DNA of 64,000 nt from Candidatus Nomurabacteria bacterium (GCA_943356495.1 CALRFF010000002.1:165875-229874); one strand, 5' to 3'; shown: positions 49,841 through 59,199, numbered from the stretch's first letter. Numbers and translations: made by a program. Notes: generated by a model from the letters alone, not told the origin.

Positions 49841-50821
49841 ATGACAAAGCTGATAGTCGAGATTTGCCAAAACCACAACGGCTCGCGCGAGACCGTGCGC
49901 GAAATGATACAGGCCGCCGCACTGGCCGGCGCCGATATTATTAAAATGCAGTCTATGTGGTCGGCCGACCTACCTAAGCGCGAGCGCTTTGAGGAAGGCG
50001 AAGTGCACGCGCAGACCGGTATCCGCACCGCTATTAAGCGCCCCCACGGCCCCGAGCAGGAGCGTCTTGCCACACTTGACCTCTCTATAGACGACCATCA
50101 GTTTTTTATCGACACCTGCCACCGGTACGGGGTGTTGCCGATGACCACTATTTTCTCGCGGCACCGTATTGCGGAGGTTGCGGGCCCCAAAGCCCCCGGC
50201 AAATGGGTTAAGGTGGCAAGTTACGATTGCGCCAGTTACCCCATGCTGCGCGAGCTTGCCGAGCATTTTGATAACTTTATTATCTCGACCGGCGCAACCT
50301 ACGACCACGAGATACAAAAAACCGCCGAGCTTATGAAAAGTTTGGGTAAAAACTTTTCCTTTTTGCATTGCGTCACCAGCTACCCTAACGCGCTCGAAAT
50401 CTGCAACCTTGCGCGCATGGAGTGGTTGCGGCAGTTTACGCCGACGGTCGGTTGGAGCGACCACACCAAGATAGCCGACACCGGTTTGGCGGCGGCAAAA
50501 ATCGCCATTATGCTCGGTGCCGACTACGTCGAGCGGCACTTTACTATTTTGCCCGCCGATCAGACCAAAGACGGACCGGTTTCGATTAATCCCGCGATGC
50601 TCCGCGAGCTCTCCGCGTTTCGCAATCTTTCCAAAGCGCAGCAGCAGGAGCAGATAGCAAAAGAATATCCTAACTGGAAGTCTGCCGTAGGCGTGCCGGT
50701 GCGCGAGATGGGCCATATCGAGCTCCTCAACCGCGACTATTACCGTGGTCGCTTCGCCAGCCCCGACGGCAACGGCGGGTGGATATATAATTGGGAGGAA
50801 AAGCCGGTGCGCTTTGCCTAA
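49841..50821 (+). CDS. Second NeuB-family synthase (no SAF domain)
   Basis: EICQNHNG, IIKMQ, KVASYD, ISTG, HCVTSYP, GWSDH, ERHFT. Confidence 0.85.
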   Translation: MTKLIVEICQNHNGSRETVREMIQAAALAGADIIKMQSMWSADLPKRERFEEGEVHAQTGIRTAIKRPHGPEQERLATLDLSIDDHQFFIDTCHRYGVLPMTTIFSRHRIAEVAGPKAPGKWVKVASYDCASYPMLRELAEHFDNFIISTGATYDHEIQKTAELMKSLGKNFSFLHCVTSYPNALEICNLARMEWLRQFTPTVGWSDHTKIADTGLAAAKIAIMLGADYVERHFTILPADQTKDGPVSINPAMLRELSAFRNLSKAQQQEQIAKEYPNWKSAVGVPVREMGHIELLNRDYYRGRFASPDGNGGWIYNWEEKPVRFA

Positions 50822-51765
50822 TGAAAATTCTCAACCTGGTCGAACAATTTAGCGAGGAAGCAAAAAGCGTCCTTGCGGCGCTCGGCGAGGTTGACTATCG
50901 CTCGGTACGCCAAGAGGAGCTTGCGGCCGCAGTGGCGCCGTATGAGGCGCTCTTTGTGCGTCTCGGTCTCCAATACGACAAGACGGTTATAGACGCCGCG
51001 CCGAATCTGAAATACATCGCGACCGCTACGACCGGTCTTAACCATATCGATGTCGCGTATGCCGAGTCTAAAGGTATCAAGGTCATATCGCTGCGCGGCG
51101 AGAACCAATTTTTAGACACCATTACCTCGACCGCCGAGCTTGCCTTTGGTTTGCTGATAGATCTCGCGCGTTACACGCCGTGGGCCTACGACTCTATCCG
51201 CCGCTACGAAATGAAGATGGACGATTTTAGGGGCACCAGCCTGTTCGGCAAAACACTGGGCATTGTCGGCATGGGGCGCTTGGGCAAGATTATCGCCGCG
51301 GGCGCCGCGGGTTGGCGCATGAACGTTGTCTTTACCGACCCCAATGTTCCGCAGGAAAAATTTCCGCAGTATACAAAAGTATCGATGGACGAGCTGCTTG
51401 GCCAAAGCGACTTCGTAAGCCTGCACGTGCACCTGCTGCCGGAAACCGCGGGGCTACTGGGGGAGTCGGCGATAGGAAAAATGAAAAAAGGCGCACTGCT
51501 GGTTAACACCTCGCGCGGCGAGTTGGTGGACGAGGCAGCGGTGTTGCGCGCGCTAGAGAACGGGCACTTGGGCGGCTACGCCACCGACGTGCTTACCCGC
51601 GAGCTCGATTTTACTAAAAAGTTTGAGAACCATCCGCTCGTTGAGTACGCCAAAAAAAGCCACAACTGCATTATGGTCCCGCACACCGGCGGCCTTACGC
51701 ACGAGTCGCGCCGCGACACCGACGTCTTTATAGCCACCAAGCTCGCTGCTGCGGTGCGCGGGTAG
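50821..51765 (+). CDS. D-isomer-specific 2-hydroxyacid dehydrogenase (SerA-like)
   Basis: TGLNHID, GIVGMGRLG, SLHV.L, NTSRG, DV, PHTGG. Confidence 0.88.
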   Translation: MKILNLVEQFSEEAKSVLAALGEVDYRSVRQEELAAAVAPYEALFVRLGLQYDKTVIDAAPNLKYIATATTGLNHIDVAYAESKGIKVISLRGENQFLDTITSTAELAFGLLIDLARYTPWAYDSIRRYEMKMDDFRGTSLFGKTLGIVGMGRLGKIIAAGAAGWRMNVVFTDPNVPQEKFPQYTKVSMDELLGQSDFVSLHVHLLPETAGLLGESAIGKMKKGALLVNTSRGELVDEAAVLRALENGHLGGYATDVLTRELDFTKKFENHPLVEYAKKSHNCIMVPHTGGLTHESRRDTDVFIATKLAAAVRG

Positions 51766-51770
51766 GGTAC

Positions 51771-51799
51771 TTGCTTTTTTATATTATACGTGCTATAAT
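51771..51799 (+). promoter_or_regulatory. Sigma70 promoter
   Basis: TTGCTT-17 nt-TATAAT. Confidence 0.65.
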
Positions 51800-51857
51800 A
51801 GAAGCAGACGGCCATTACTAATACAACCGCCCCTCAGTGGGCAGAAAGAGGTGACTC

Positions 51858-52901
51858 GTGGCGAAGATTGTGCTCGCGGCCCACGATGCGGGTCCGTCGA
51901 ACGCGCTTGGCGCGTTTGCCAAGGTGCTCGACTCTCCGGCGGTGTTTCTCGCGAACGCCGGCAAGACCTACCTGAACGAAAAGGCGACGGATGCCATGCG
52001 TTACAGCATACGCACCGCCGACTTCGTGCTTATCGGGATGTCGTTCCCGGAGGCTAATGCCGCCATCGAACTGATGGCGGCAAAGACCGCCGCGGAAGCG
52101 CGGATCCCGTACGGTTTCTGCGCCGACATACCGGGCGCGTGGAACCGTGTATGGTTTGCACCGTACCGCGCGTCGGCATCATTGTTGCTTACGGTGGGCG
52201 GCGTTGAGGAGATTGCCAAAGCGACGGCGCTCTTCCCCAAAGCCTACATCACCCGCACGGGCAACCCCGAGTGGGAGAAGTACTTCCTGCCCGCGAGCCG
52301 GAGTGCGGCCCGCGGCGCAATGGGCGCAAGTGATGACGAGTTTGTCATCCTTTCGCCCGGCGGCAAAGACGCGGTGCTCAATATCCAGTCATGGTCGACG
52401 GTGGTCGAGGCCGCCTCCTTGTACCGGAGTAATGTGGCGGTCGTGCTGACTTGCCACCCCGGCGACCGCACTCCGAAGGACGTGTACCAGTCGTTGGCAC
52501 ACTACGGCCAAAAGCTCGGCGTGCGGGTGCTCTGCTCGGAAACGCCAAGCGATGTACTGGTACCCGGCGTTGATGTGGTGGTACAGACACCAAACTTTTC
52601 GGTCGGCCTGCACGCGATGTGCAGGCGAGTCCCCGTCATCGATATGATGGGGGCCATGGCCGCGGAGCGGGTGTTTGAAAACACGGGTACGCGCGAAGGT
52701 CAGTTTGCGGGTACCGAGGCGGTGTTGTCGCTGTATTACGAAGAGGCGACCGCCCCCGCTCTGGCGCAAGCATTGGTGTCGGTGCGCACCAACACCGTCA
52801 TGCGCGAAGCGCAAGAGCGGTTGCTTCCGCCGCTTAAGCAAGGCGGTGCGGTCGCGGCGATGAAAGCCGCGGTCGAAGAAGTGCTCAATAAGAAGCGTTA
52901 G
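51858..52901 (+). CDS. Hypothetical divergent GT-B/TagF-like protein
   Basis: HDAGPSN, TGNP.W, CHPGD, SVGLHA...PVI; GAGGTG SD; own promoter and terminator. Confidence 0.5.
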   Translation: MAKIVLAAHDAGPSNALGAFAKVLDSPAVFLANAGKTYLNEKATDAMRYSIRTADFVLIGMSFPEANAAIELMAAKTAAEARIPYGFCADIPGAWNRVWFAPYRASASLLLTVGGVEEIAKATALFPKAYITRTGNPEWEKYFLPASRSAARGAMGASDDEFVILSPGGKDAVLNIQSWSTVVEAASLYRSNVAVVLTCHPGDRTPKDVYQSLAHYGQKLGVRVLCSETPSDVLVPGVDVVVQTPNFSVGLHAMCRRVPVIDMMGAMAAERVFENTGTREGQFAGTEAVLSLYYEEATAPALAQALVSVRTNTVMREAQERLLPPLKQGGAVAAMKAAVEEVLNKKR

Positions 52902-52906
52902 CCAGC

Positions 52907-52937
52907 AGCCCCTCCGTCAAACGGAGGGGCTTTTTTC
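52907..52937 (+). terminator. Intrinsic terminator
   Basis: agcccctccgt-caa-acggaggggct followed by a T-tract. Confidence 0.8.
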
Positions 52938-52967
52938 TATAACGCCCCGTGGTATAGTCTCTGTCAT

Positions 52968-55199
52968 ATGCAATACACCACGTACTTGCGCTGGGGCGTC
53001 ATAGCCGGCGTTTTTTTGGTTCTTATTACTCCGTTTTTGGTCGCCGGTTCCTGGGGCATACCGCCGTACTTTTTCCCTTTTATAACGGCTAAAAACTTTA
53101 CTTTCCGCATACTGGTCGAGTTGTCGCTCCTGTTGTACGTGATACTCGCCCTGCGCGAGCCCAAGTACCGCCCCCGCCCGTCGCTCATTATGTGGGCGGT
53201 GCTCGGGCTTGTGGTGTGGATGGGCTTGTCGACCATTACCAGCGTCGACCCGATAAAAAGCTTTTGGAGCAACTTCGAGCGCATGGACGGTTATGTTAAC
53301 CTCCTACACCTCTTTGCGTGGTTTGTTATCACCGGCGCGGTATTAACCGCCGAGAACTTGTGGGGGCGTTTTATTAATACCTCCATCGGTCTTAGTGCCG
53401 TGCAAGGGCTTGTGGCGCTTTTGCAGGTGATGCACCTGTTTGGGTTTGCCCCGAGTTCGCAAAGCGGCATACGCGCCGACACCACGTTCGGTAACGCGAC
53501 CTACTTGGCCGTGTTTATGCTGTTTAACATCTTCCTTACACTCTTTATGCTCGCGGGCCGTCTGCAAAAAGGCCGCCTCAGCGGCGGGTGGCAGGCGCTC
53601 TATGGTTTGGCGTTGGTGCTGCAGTTTGCGGGGCTCTTCTTTACCGAAACGCGCGGTGCACAACTTGGCGTTATCGGCGGGCTTATCGTCAGCGCGCTTT
53701 GGATAGCGGTATTTGCGGGGGCCAACCTTAAGGCGGCGCGGCGCTACGCGCTCTATACGCTCGGCGGACTCGCGGTGCTTATCGCGGTGTTTATAGGCAT
53801 CCGCGACACGCAGTTTGTCCAAAGCTCTTCGACGCTCAGTCGCTTGGCCTCTATCTCGCTCAGCGACTCTACCATCGCGGCCCGCATTCACTTTATCTGG
53901 CCGACGGCCATTAAAGGCATTATGGAAAAACCGGTAACCGGCTGGGGTGCGGAGAACTTTAGTTTCGTCTTCAATAAATATTACGAGCCGGGTATGTACA
54001 ACCAAGAGCAGTGGTTTGACCGCGCGCACAACCAATTCCTCGACTTCGGGATCGCGGGCGGCGTGCCGGCGCTCCTGTTGTACCTGTCACTCTTCTTCCT
54101 CGGTCTGTGGGCGCTGTGGCGCTCAAATCTCGGCGTGGCCGAGCAGGCGGTGCTCGTGGGGCTGTTGGCCGCATACGGGTTTAACAACTTGGCGGTCTTT
54201 GACAACGTAGTGAGCTTTATCTACTTCTTCGCGTTGATGGCGTACCTGCACAGCATCTCGCGCAAGGAGCTGCCGGGGTGGTTGTTCCTGTCGCGCAAAG
54301 TAGGCGAGCAGCCGCTGGCCATAGCCGCGCCGGTGCTCGCGATACTGATACTCGGCGCGGGCTTTGTGGTAAACGCGCCGGCGATGGCGCGCGCCTCGCA
54401 GCTGGTGCAGGCGCTCGGCTCGCAAAGCTCGGCCGACAAAAACTTGGCGCTCTTTGCCGCCTCGCTTGAAAACACAAAGCTGCCGGGCAACCCGATAGGG
54501 CTGCAGGAGGCGGTCGAGCAGTTGTCGCAGTTCAGCGTTAACACGGTGGCGCCTTCCTCCGTCGCCCCGGGCGTTAAGCAGCAGTACTTCTCGCTTACCG
54601 CCGGCAATCTTGAAATATTGATGCAGCAGCGCCGGCACGACGCGCGCCTCGAGCTCTTTATGGGGTTGCTGCTTTCGACCTTCGGCGACTATCAAAACTC
54701 AATCTCCTACCTTAACCAAGCCCTTGCCGACAGCCCTAAAAAACAGCAGATACTTATGCAGCTGGGCCTTACCCAAATACAAAGCGGTCAGCTTATAGAT
54801 GCGGTTGCAACGTTGCGCACCGCGTTTGAGTCGGAGAAAAACTATGACACCGCGCGCGTACTGTACGCCAGCGCGTACTACTATGCGGGGGATACCGCGC
54901 AAGGCGACGCGCTCCTGATAGAAAAGTGGGGTTCGGTCGTGGTAGACAACGACCAACTGATGCAGGTGTACACCAACACCAAGCAATGGTCGCGCGCCGT
55001 CGCTATCTGGAAGCTCCGCATCAGCAAAGACGACACCAACGTCCAGCTCCGCCTTGGCCTTGCGGGCGTGTACTTTGCCTCGGGTGACAATGCCTCGACT
55101 ATCGCCGAGTTGCGCGCCGTGGCCAAACTCCAGCCCGCTTCCGCCGGCCAAATGGAGACACTTATAAAGCAGATTCAAGACGGCACCCTAAAGCCCTAG
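52968..55199 (+). CDS. O-antigen ligase (Wzy_C) family membrane protein with C-terminal TPRs
   Basis: Multiple TMs; TFGNATY, TETRGA, GWG.ENF, FDRAHN; TPR-like helices. Confidence 0.85.
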   Translation: MQYTTYLRWGVIAGVFLVLITPFLVAGSWGIPPYFFPFITAKNFTFRILVELSLLLYVILALREPKYRPRPSLIMWAVLGLVVWMGLSTITSVDPIKSFWSNFERMDGYVNLLHLFAWFVITGAVLTAENLWGRFINTSIGLSAVQGLVALLQVMHLFGFAPSSQSGIRADTTFGNATYLAVFMLFNIFLTLFMLAGRLQKGRLSGGWQALYGLALVLQFAGLFFTETRGAQLGVIGGLIVSALWIAVFAGANLKAARRYALYTLGGLAVLIAVFIGIRDTQFVQSSSTLSRLASISLSDSTIAARIHFIWPTAIKGIMEKPVTGWGAENFSFVFNKYYEPGMYNQEQWFDRAHNQFLDFGIAGGVPALLLYLSLFFLGLWALWRSNLGVAEQAVLVGLLAAYGFNNLAVFDNVVSFIYFFALMAYLHSISRKELPGWLFLSRKVGEQPLAIAAPVLAILILGAGFVVNAPAMARASQLVQALGSQSSADKNLALFAASLENTKLPGNPIGLQEAVEQLSQFSVNTVAPSSVAPGVKQQYFSLTAGNLEILMQQRRHDARLELFMGLLLSTFGDYQNSISYLNQALADSPKKQQILMQLGLTQIQSGQLIDAVATLRTAFESEKNYDTARVLYASAYYYAGDTAQGDALLIEKWGSVVVDNDQLMQVYTNTKQWSRAVAIWKLRISKDDTNVQLRLGLAGVYFASGDNASTIAELRAVAKLQPASAGQMETLIKQIQDGTLKP

Positions 55200-55246
55200 T
55201 GGTATAGTAAGAGAGTGGGTACAGGGGAGCTCCCTGCCATTGTCCG

Positions 55247-55277
55247 CAACAAGCCGCCGCAAGGCGGCTTGTTGTTT
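55247..55277. terminator. Intrinsic terminator
   Basis: caacaagccgcc-gcaa-ggcggcttgttg. Confidence 0.7.
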
Positions 55278-55293
55278 GCGCTATATACTACAG

Positions 55294-55380
55294 AGGTAGC
55301 GCTTTGAGCGGGGAGCGGAGCACTCACATTAGGACAATGTATTGGAGCTCGCTTTCCGCTTCCCGTTCAGAGCACAACTC
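55294..55380 (+). ncRNA. Candidate structured small RNA (long G-U-containing hairpin)
   Basis: gctttgagcggggagcggag pairs with ttccgcttcccgttcagagc using G-U pairs on the + strand; TATACT just upstream. Confidence 0.35.
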
Positions 55381-55396
55381 GGTACACTGGTTGTGT

Positions 55397-56383
55397 ATGA
55401 CTATCGAAGAGCATGTGCCGCTTGCCCCGTTGACCACGTTTGGTCTTGGCGGCGCGGCGCGTTTTTTATTGCGGGTGGGCGATGTCGTGCAGTTGCAAGA
55501 AGCCATTACCTTTGCGCAAGAAAAAAAACTCAACACGTTGTTGCTTGGGGGTGGGTCTAATCTGCTGGTGGGCGACGGCGGGTTTGACGGACTGGTTATT
55601 AAAATAGAAATGCGAGGCGTAGTGCAAGACGGCGACACGCTGGTAGCGGGTGCGGGAGAGAGTTGGGATGCACTGGTGGCGCGTAGTGTCGCGGACGGTT
55701 TGTGGGGGCTCGAAAATCTTTCCGGCATCCCCGGCACGGTAGGTGCCGCGCCCATACAAAACATCGGCGCGTACGGCGCAGAAGTTGCGGATACGCTTGC
55801 GTGGCTCGATGCTTTTGATACGCACGAAGACAAGACGGTACGTTTTTTGGCGCAAGAGTGCGGCTTTGCGTACCGCACCAGCCGGTTTAAACAGGAGTCG
55901 GGGCGCTATGTGGTGCTGCAAGTTGCGTTTGCTCTTAAGAAAAACGGCGTACCAAACCTATCGTACAAAGACCTTGCGGGATTGAAGCAACCGACTCTCG
56001 CCGGCATACGAGCGCAGGTGCTTTCGGTGCGCGCGCAAAAGTTCCCCGACCTCGCCAAAGAGGGCACTGCAGGCTCGTTTTTTCTTAATCCTATTGTGTC
56101 CGGCGAAGTCGCGGGCCGTTTGGCCGCGCAGTATCCGGAGTTGCCGCAGTTCCCCGCAGAGGGCGGCGTAAAACTATCGCTCGCATGGCTGCTCGACGAA
56201 GTATTGCACCTCAAAGGCGCACGTGTCGGCGGCGCGCGGACCTTTGAGCGTCAGCCGCTGGTGCTGGTTGCGACGCCCGACGCGCGCGCAGGCGATGTGT
56301 GCGCGCTTGCCGAACAAATAAAAAAAGAAGCAAAAGAAAAATTAGGAATCGAAATCCAAGAAGAAGTGCGTATCGTGCGGTAA
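55397..56383 (+). CDS. murB: UDP-N-acetylenolpyruvoylglucosamine reductase
   Basis: LGGGSN, GLENLSGIPGTVG, QNIGAYG, YRTS.FK, GSFFLNP. Confidence 0.93.
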   Translation: MTIEEHVPLAPLTTFGLGGAARFLLRVGDVVQLQEAITFAQEKKLNTLLLGGGSNLLVGDGGFDGLVIKIEMRGVVQDGDTLVAGAGESWDALVARSVADGLWGLENLSGIPGTVGAAPIQNIGAYGAEVADTLAWLDAFDTHEDKTVRFLAQECGFAYRTSRFKQESGRYVVLQVAFALKKNGVPNLSYKDLAGLKQPTLAGIRAQVLSVRAQKFPDLAKEGTAGSFFLNPIVSGEVAGRLAAQYPELPQFPAEGGVKLSLAWLLDEVLHLKGARVGGARTFERQPLVLVATPDARAGDVCALAEQIKKEAKEKLGIEIQEEVRIVR

Positions 56384-56554
56384 ATCAGTCGAAGCAGTTA
56401 TCCACAGTTAGAGATTATTTTTCGTTGTATAAGCAGACATAACGTTCGATACTTATTACTAGAGCATCGAATTGCTCTTCTGAGATACTCCTAGGATATT
56501 TCTTTAGAGCGGTCGAGCGATGCGCAACCCAATGCGGTGCAAACCGCCACTATT

Positions 56555-56608
56555 ATGGCCAAGAAAAAGAAGGCAAAGAAAAAGAAGGCAAAGAAGTCGC
56601 GCCGCTAA
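56555..56608 (+). CDS. 17-aa lysine-rich micropeptide MAKKKKAKKKKAKKSRR
   Basis: Clean ATG...TAA with all codons encoding M/A/K/S/R; structured leader and downstream terminator. Confidence 0.5.
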   Translation: MAKKKKAKKKKAKKSRR

Positions 56609-56649
56609 GCGCGAATGTCCCGCACTATTGTGCGGGCATCCTCTCGAAA

Positions 56650-56679
56650 GAAAAGCCGCCGAGCAATCGGCGGTTTTTC
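56650..56679 (+). terminator. Intrinsic terminator
   Basis: aaaagccgccga-gcaa-tcggcggttttt. Confidence 0.75.
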
Positions 56680-56711
56680 TTATAGTGTGGTATAGTATTT
56701 GCCTCACTGGT

Positions 56712-59198
56712 ATGTCATTTCTAACAAAACTATGGGGCGATCCTGCTCAAAAAATAGTAGCCGCAAGTCGCGGCATAGTCGAGGCGGTAAACGGCTTCGA
56801 ACCCGAGTATAAAGCGCTCTCTACCGAGGAGCTGTACGACCGCACCCACAAGTTCCGCAACCGCATATCGGCGGGGGAGACGCTGGAGGATTTGTTGCCC
56901 GAGGCTTTTGCGGCGGTACGCGAAGCGTCGGTGCGCACGGCTGGGCTCCGGCATTTTGACGTACAACTGGTGGGCGGCGTGGTGCTAAACAACCGCGGTA
57001 TTGCGGAAATGAAGACCGGCGAAGGTAAAACCTTGGTCGCCACTTTGCCGGCGTACCTTAACGCGCTTATGGCCAAGGGCGTGCACGTGGTAACGGTCAA
57101 CGATTACTTGGCGCGTCGCGACGCGGCGTGGATGGGGCAGATATACGCGGCGCTCGGCATGTCGGTGGGGATTATCGGCGCCGACGGCTCGTACCGCTAC
57201 GACCCCAAGCATATCGAGACCGACAAAGAGCGTGACCAAGAGGGGAGCTTTAAAGTATTTTATGACTTTTTGCGCCCCTGCACACGGCGCGAGGCGTACG
57301 AGGCCGACATTACCTACGGCACCAACTCGGAATTCGGCTTTGACTACCTGCGCGACCATATTTCCTACGATGCCAAAGATCTGCGCCAGCGCGGCCACTT
57401 TTTTGCGCTGGTAGACGAGATAGACTCTATCCTTATCGACGAGGCGCGCACACCGCTTATTATCTCCGCGCCCACCACCGAGTCGGAAGACCTCTACCGC
57501 ACCTTCGCGCGCATTGCCGGTACGCTCGAGCCCCTACGCGACTACACGGTAGACGAAAAACAACGGGCGATACAGCTGACTGACGAGGGCATTACCCGTG
57601 CGGAAAAGGCACTGGGCGTAGACAATATATACAGCGAGGGCGGTATTAAGTACGTGCACCATTTAGAAACCGCGGTGCGGGCGCAAGCGCTCTTTCATTT
57701 GGACAAAGAGTACGTTATCCGCAGCGGCGAGGTGGTGATAGTCGACGAGTTTACGGGCAGGCTCCAACCGGGGCGCCGCTGGAGCGAGGGGCTCCATCAG
57801 GCCATCGAGGCAAAAGAGGGTGTGGCGGTACAAAAAGAGTCCCGTACTTTTGCGTCTATTACCTACCAAAACTACTTCCGTCTGTACGACAAGCTTGCGG
57901 GCATGACGGGCACCGCTAAAACAAGCTCCGAGGAGTTTTATAAAGTGTACGGGCTCGAGGTTATCGAGGTGCCGACCAACCGCCCCGTACAGCGCAAGGA
58001 CGACAACGACCGCATCTTCCAGACCGAAAACGGCAAGTTTCAGGCGATAGCCTATGGGGTTAAGGAGCTGCATAAAAAAGGCCAGCCGGTGCTTATAGGC
58101 ACGGTGAGCATCGAAAAGAACGAGCTTCTGTCGAACTTTCTAAAGCGCGAGGGCGTGCCGCACGAAATGCTTAACGCCAAAAACCACGAGCGCGAAGGCG
58201 AGATAATCGCGCAGGCCGGGCAAAAAGGCAAAGTTACGGTAGCGACCAACATGGCGGGCCGCGGCGTCGACATTAAGCTCGGCGGTGCTTTGGCTACCCC
58301 TGAGCAGGCCGAAGAGGTCAAGAAACTCGGCGGCCTTTTTGTGCTGGGCACCGAGCGCCACGAGGCGCGGCGCATAGACAACCAGCTGCGCGGCCGCTCG
58401 GGCCGCCAAGGCGACCCGGGCGAAACGCAGTTTTTTGTGTCGCTCGAAGACAGCCTGATGCGTATTTTTGCCCCCGACTCTATTAAGACCATGATGGGCC
58501 GCTTCGGGATACCGGAGGACGAGCCGATAGAAAACCGGATAGTTAACCGCGCACTCGAAAGCGCCCAAAGCAAAATCGAGGGCTTTAACTTCGACGCGCG
58601 TAAGCACGTGCTCGAGTTTGACAACGTGCTCGACAAACAGCGCCGCGCGATATACGACCGCCGCACAAAAATTTTGACCGGCGGGCCGGAGCGCGTTACC
58701 GATGTCCTTACGGAGTTGGCGGCGGACAGTACCGAAGCCCTCGAGCTGCTCAACAAAAAGTCGCACGAGGTGGGGGAGGAGAAGTTTCTTGCCATGGCGC
58801 GCGGCATACTCCTGCAGACGCTCGATTTGCTGTGGGTCGACCACTTGGAGTCAATGGAGTACCTGCGCGGCAGTGTTAACCTGCGCGCCTACGGCCAACG
58901 CGACCCGTTAACCGAGTACCGCCGCGAGGGCACCCGCCTGTATAAAGACCTCGAGGAGATGTACCGTACCCGCGTATTTGAGTTGTTGGAAAAGTTGTCC
59001 GACCTGCCTGCCGGCCAGGCAGGCCAGCCTGCCGCCACGCCGATGCCGAGCCCCGCGCAGGTGTTTACCGTGCGCGCGCCGGGGGCCGACAAAATCGAGC
59101 GCAACGACCCGTGCCCGTGCGGCTCCGGCAAAAAATGGAAGTCCTGCGGGCTACTCAACACCTCCGAGCACCAAACGCTCTTAGCCGCAAAACACTAG
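56712..59198 (+). CDS. secA: Protein translocase ATPase SecA
   Basis: EMKTGEGKT, VDEIDSILIDEARTPLIIS, ATNMAGRG, RGRSGRQGDPG, C-terminal SEC-C CPCGSGKK. Confidence 0.97.
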   Translation: MSFLTKLWGDPAQKIVAASRGIVEAVNGFEPEYKALSTEELYDRTHKFRNRISAGETLEDLLPEAFAAVREASVRTAGLRHFDVQLVGGVVLNNRGIAEMKTGEGKTLVATLPAYLNALMAKGVHVVTVNDYLARRDAAWMGQIYAALGMSVGIIGADGSYRYDPKHIETDKERDQEGSFKVFYDFLRPCTRREAYEADITYGTNSEFGFDYLRDHISYDAKDLRQRGHFFALVDEIDSILIDEARTPLIISAPTTESEDLYRTFARIAGTLEPLRDYTVDEKQRAIQLTDEGITRAEKALGVDNIYSEGGIKYVHHLETAVRAQALFHLDKEYVIRSGEVVIVDEFTGRLQPGRRWSEGLHQAIEAKEGVAVQKESRTFASITYQNYFRLYDKLAGMTGTAKTSSEEFYKVYGLEVIEVPTNRPVQRKDDNDRIFQTENGKFQAIAYGVKELHKKGQPVLIGTVSIEKNELLSNFLKREGVPHEMLNAKNHEREGEIIAQAGQKGKVTVATNMAGRGVDIKLGGALATPEQAEEVKKLGGLFVLGTERHEARRIDNQLRGRSGRQGDPGETQFFVSLEDSLMRIFAPDSIKTMMGRFGIPEDEPIENRIVNRALESAQSKIEGFNFDARKHVLEFDNVLDKQRRAIYDRRTKILTGGPERVTDVLTELAADSTEALELLNKKSHEVGEEKFLAMARGILLQTLDLLWVDHLESMEYLRGSVNLRAYGQRDPLTEYRREGTRLYKDLEEMYRTRVFELLEKLSDLPAGQAGQPAATPMPSPAQVFTVRAPGADKIERNDPCPCGSGKKWKSCGLLNTSEHQTLLAAKH

Positions 59199-59199
59199 C

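Noticed and set aside
55294-55380. Assignment as SRP RNA, 6S RNA or tmRNA
   Set aside because: It lacks the SRP domain IV motif and tRNA-like ends and is too short for 6S; kept only as an unknown candidate.
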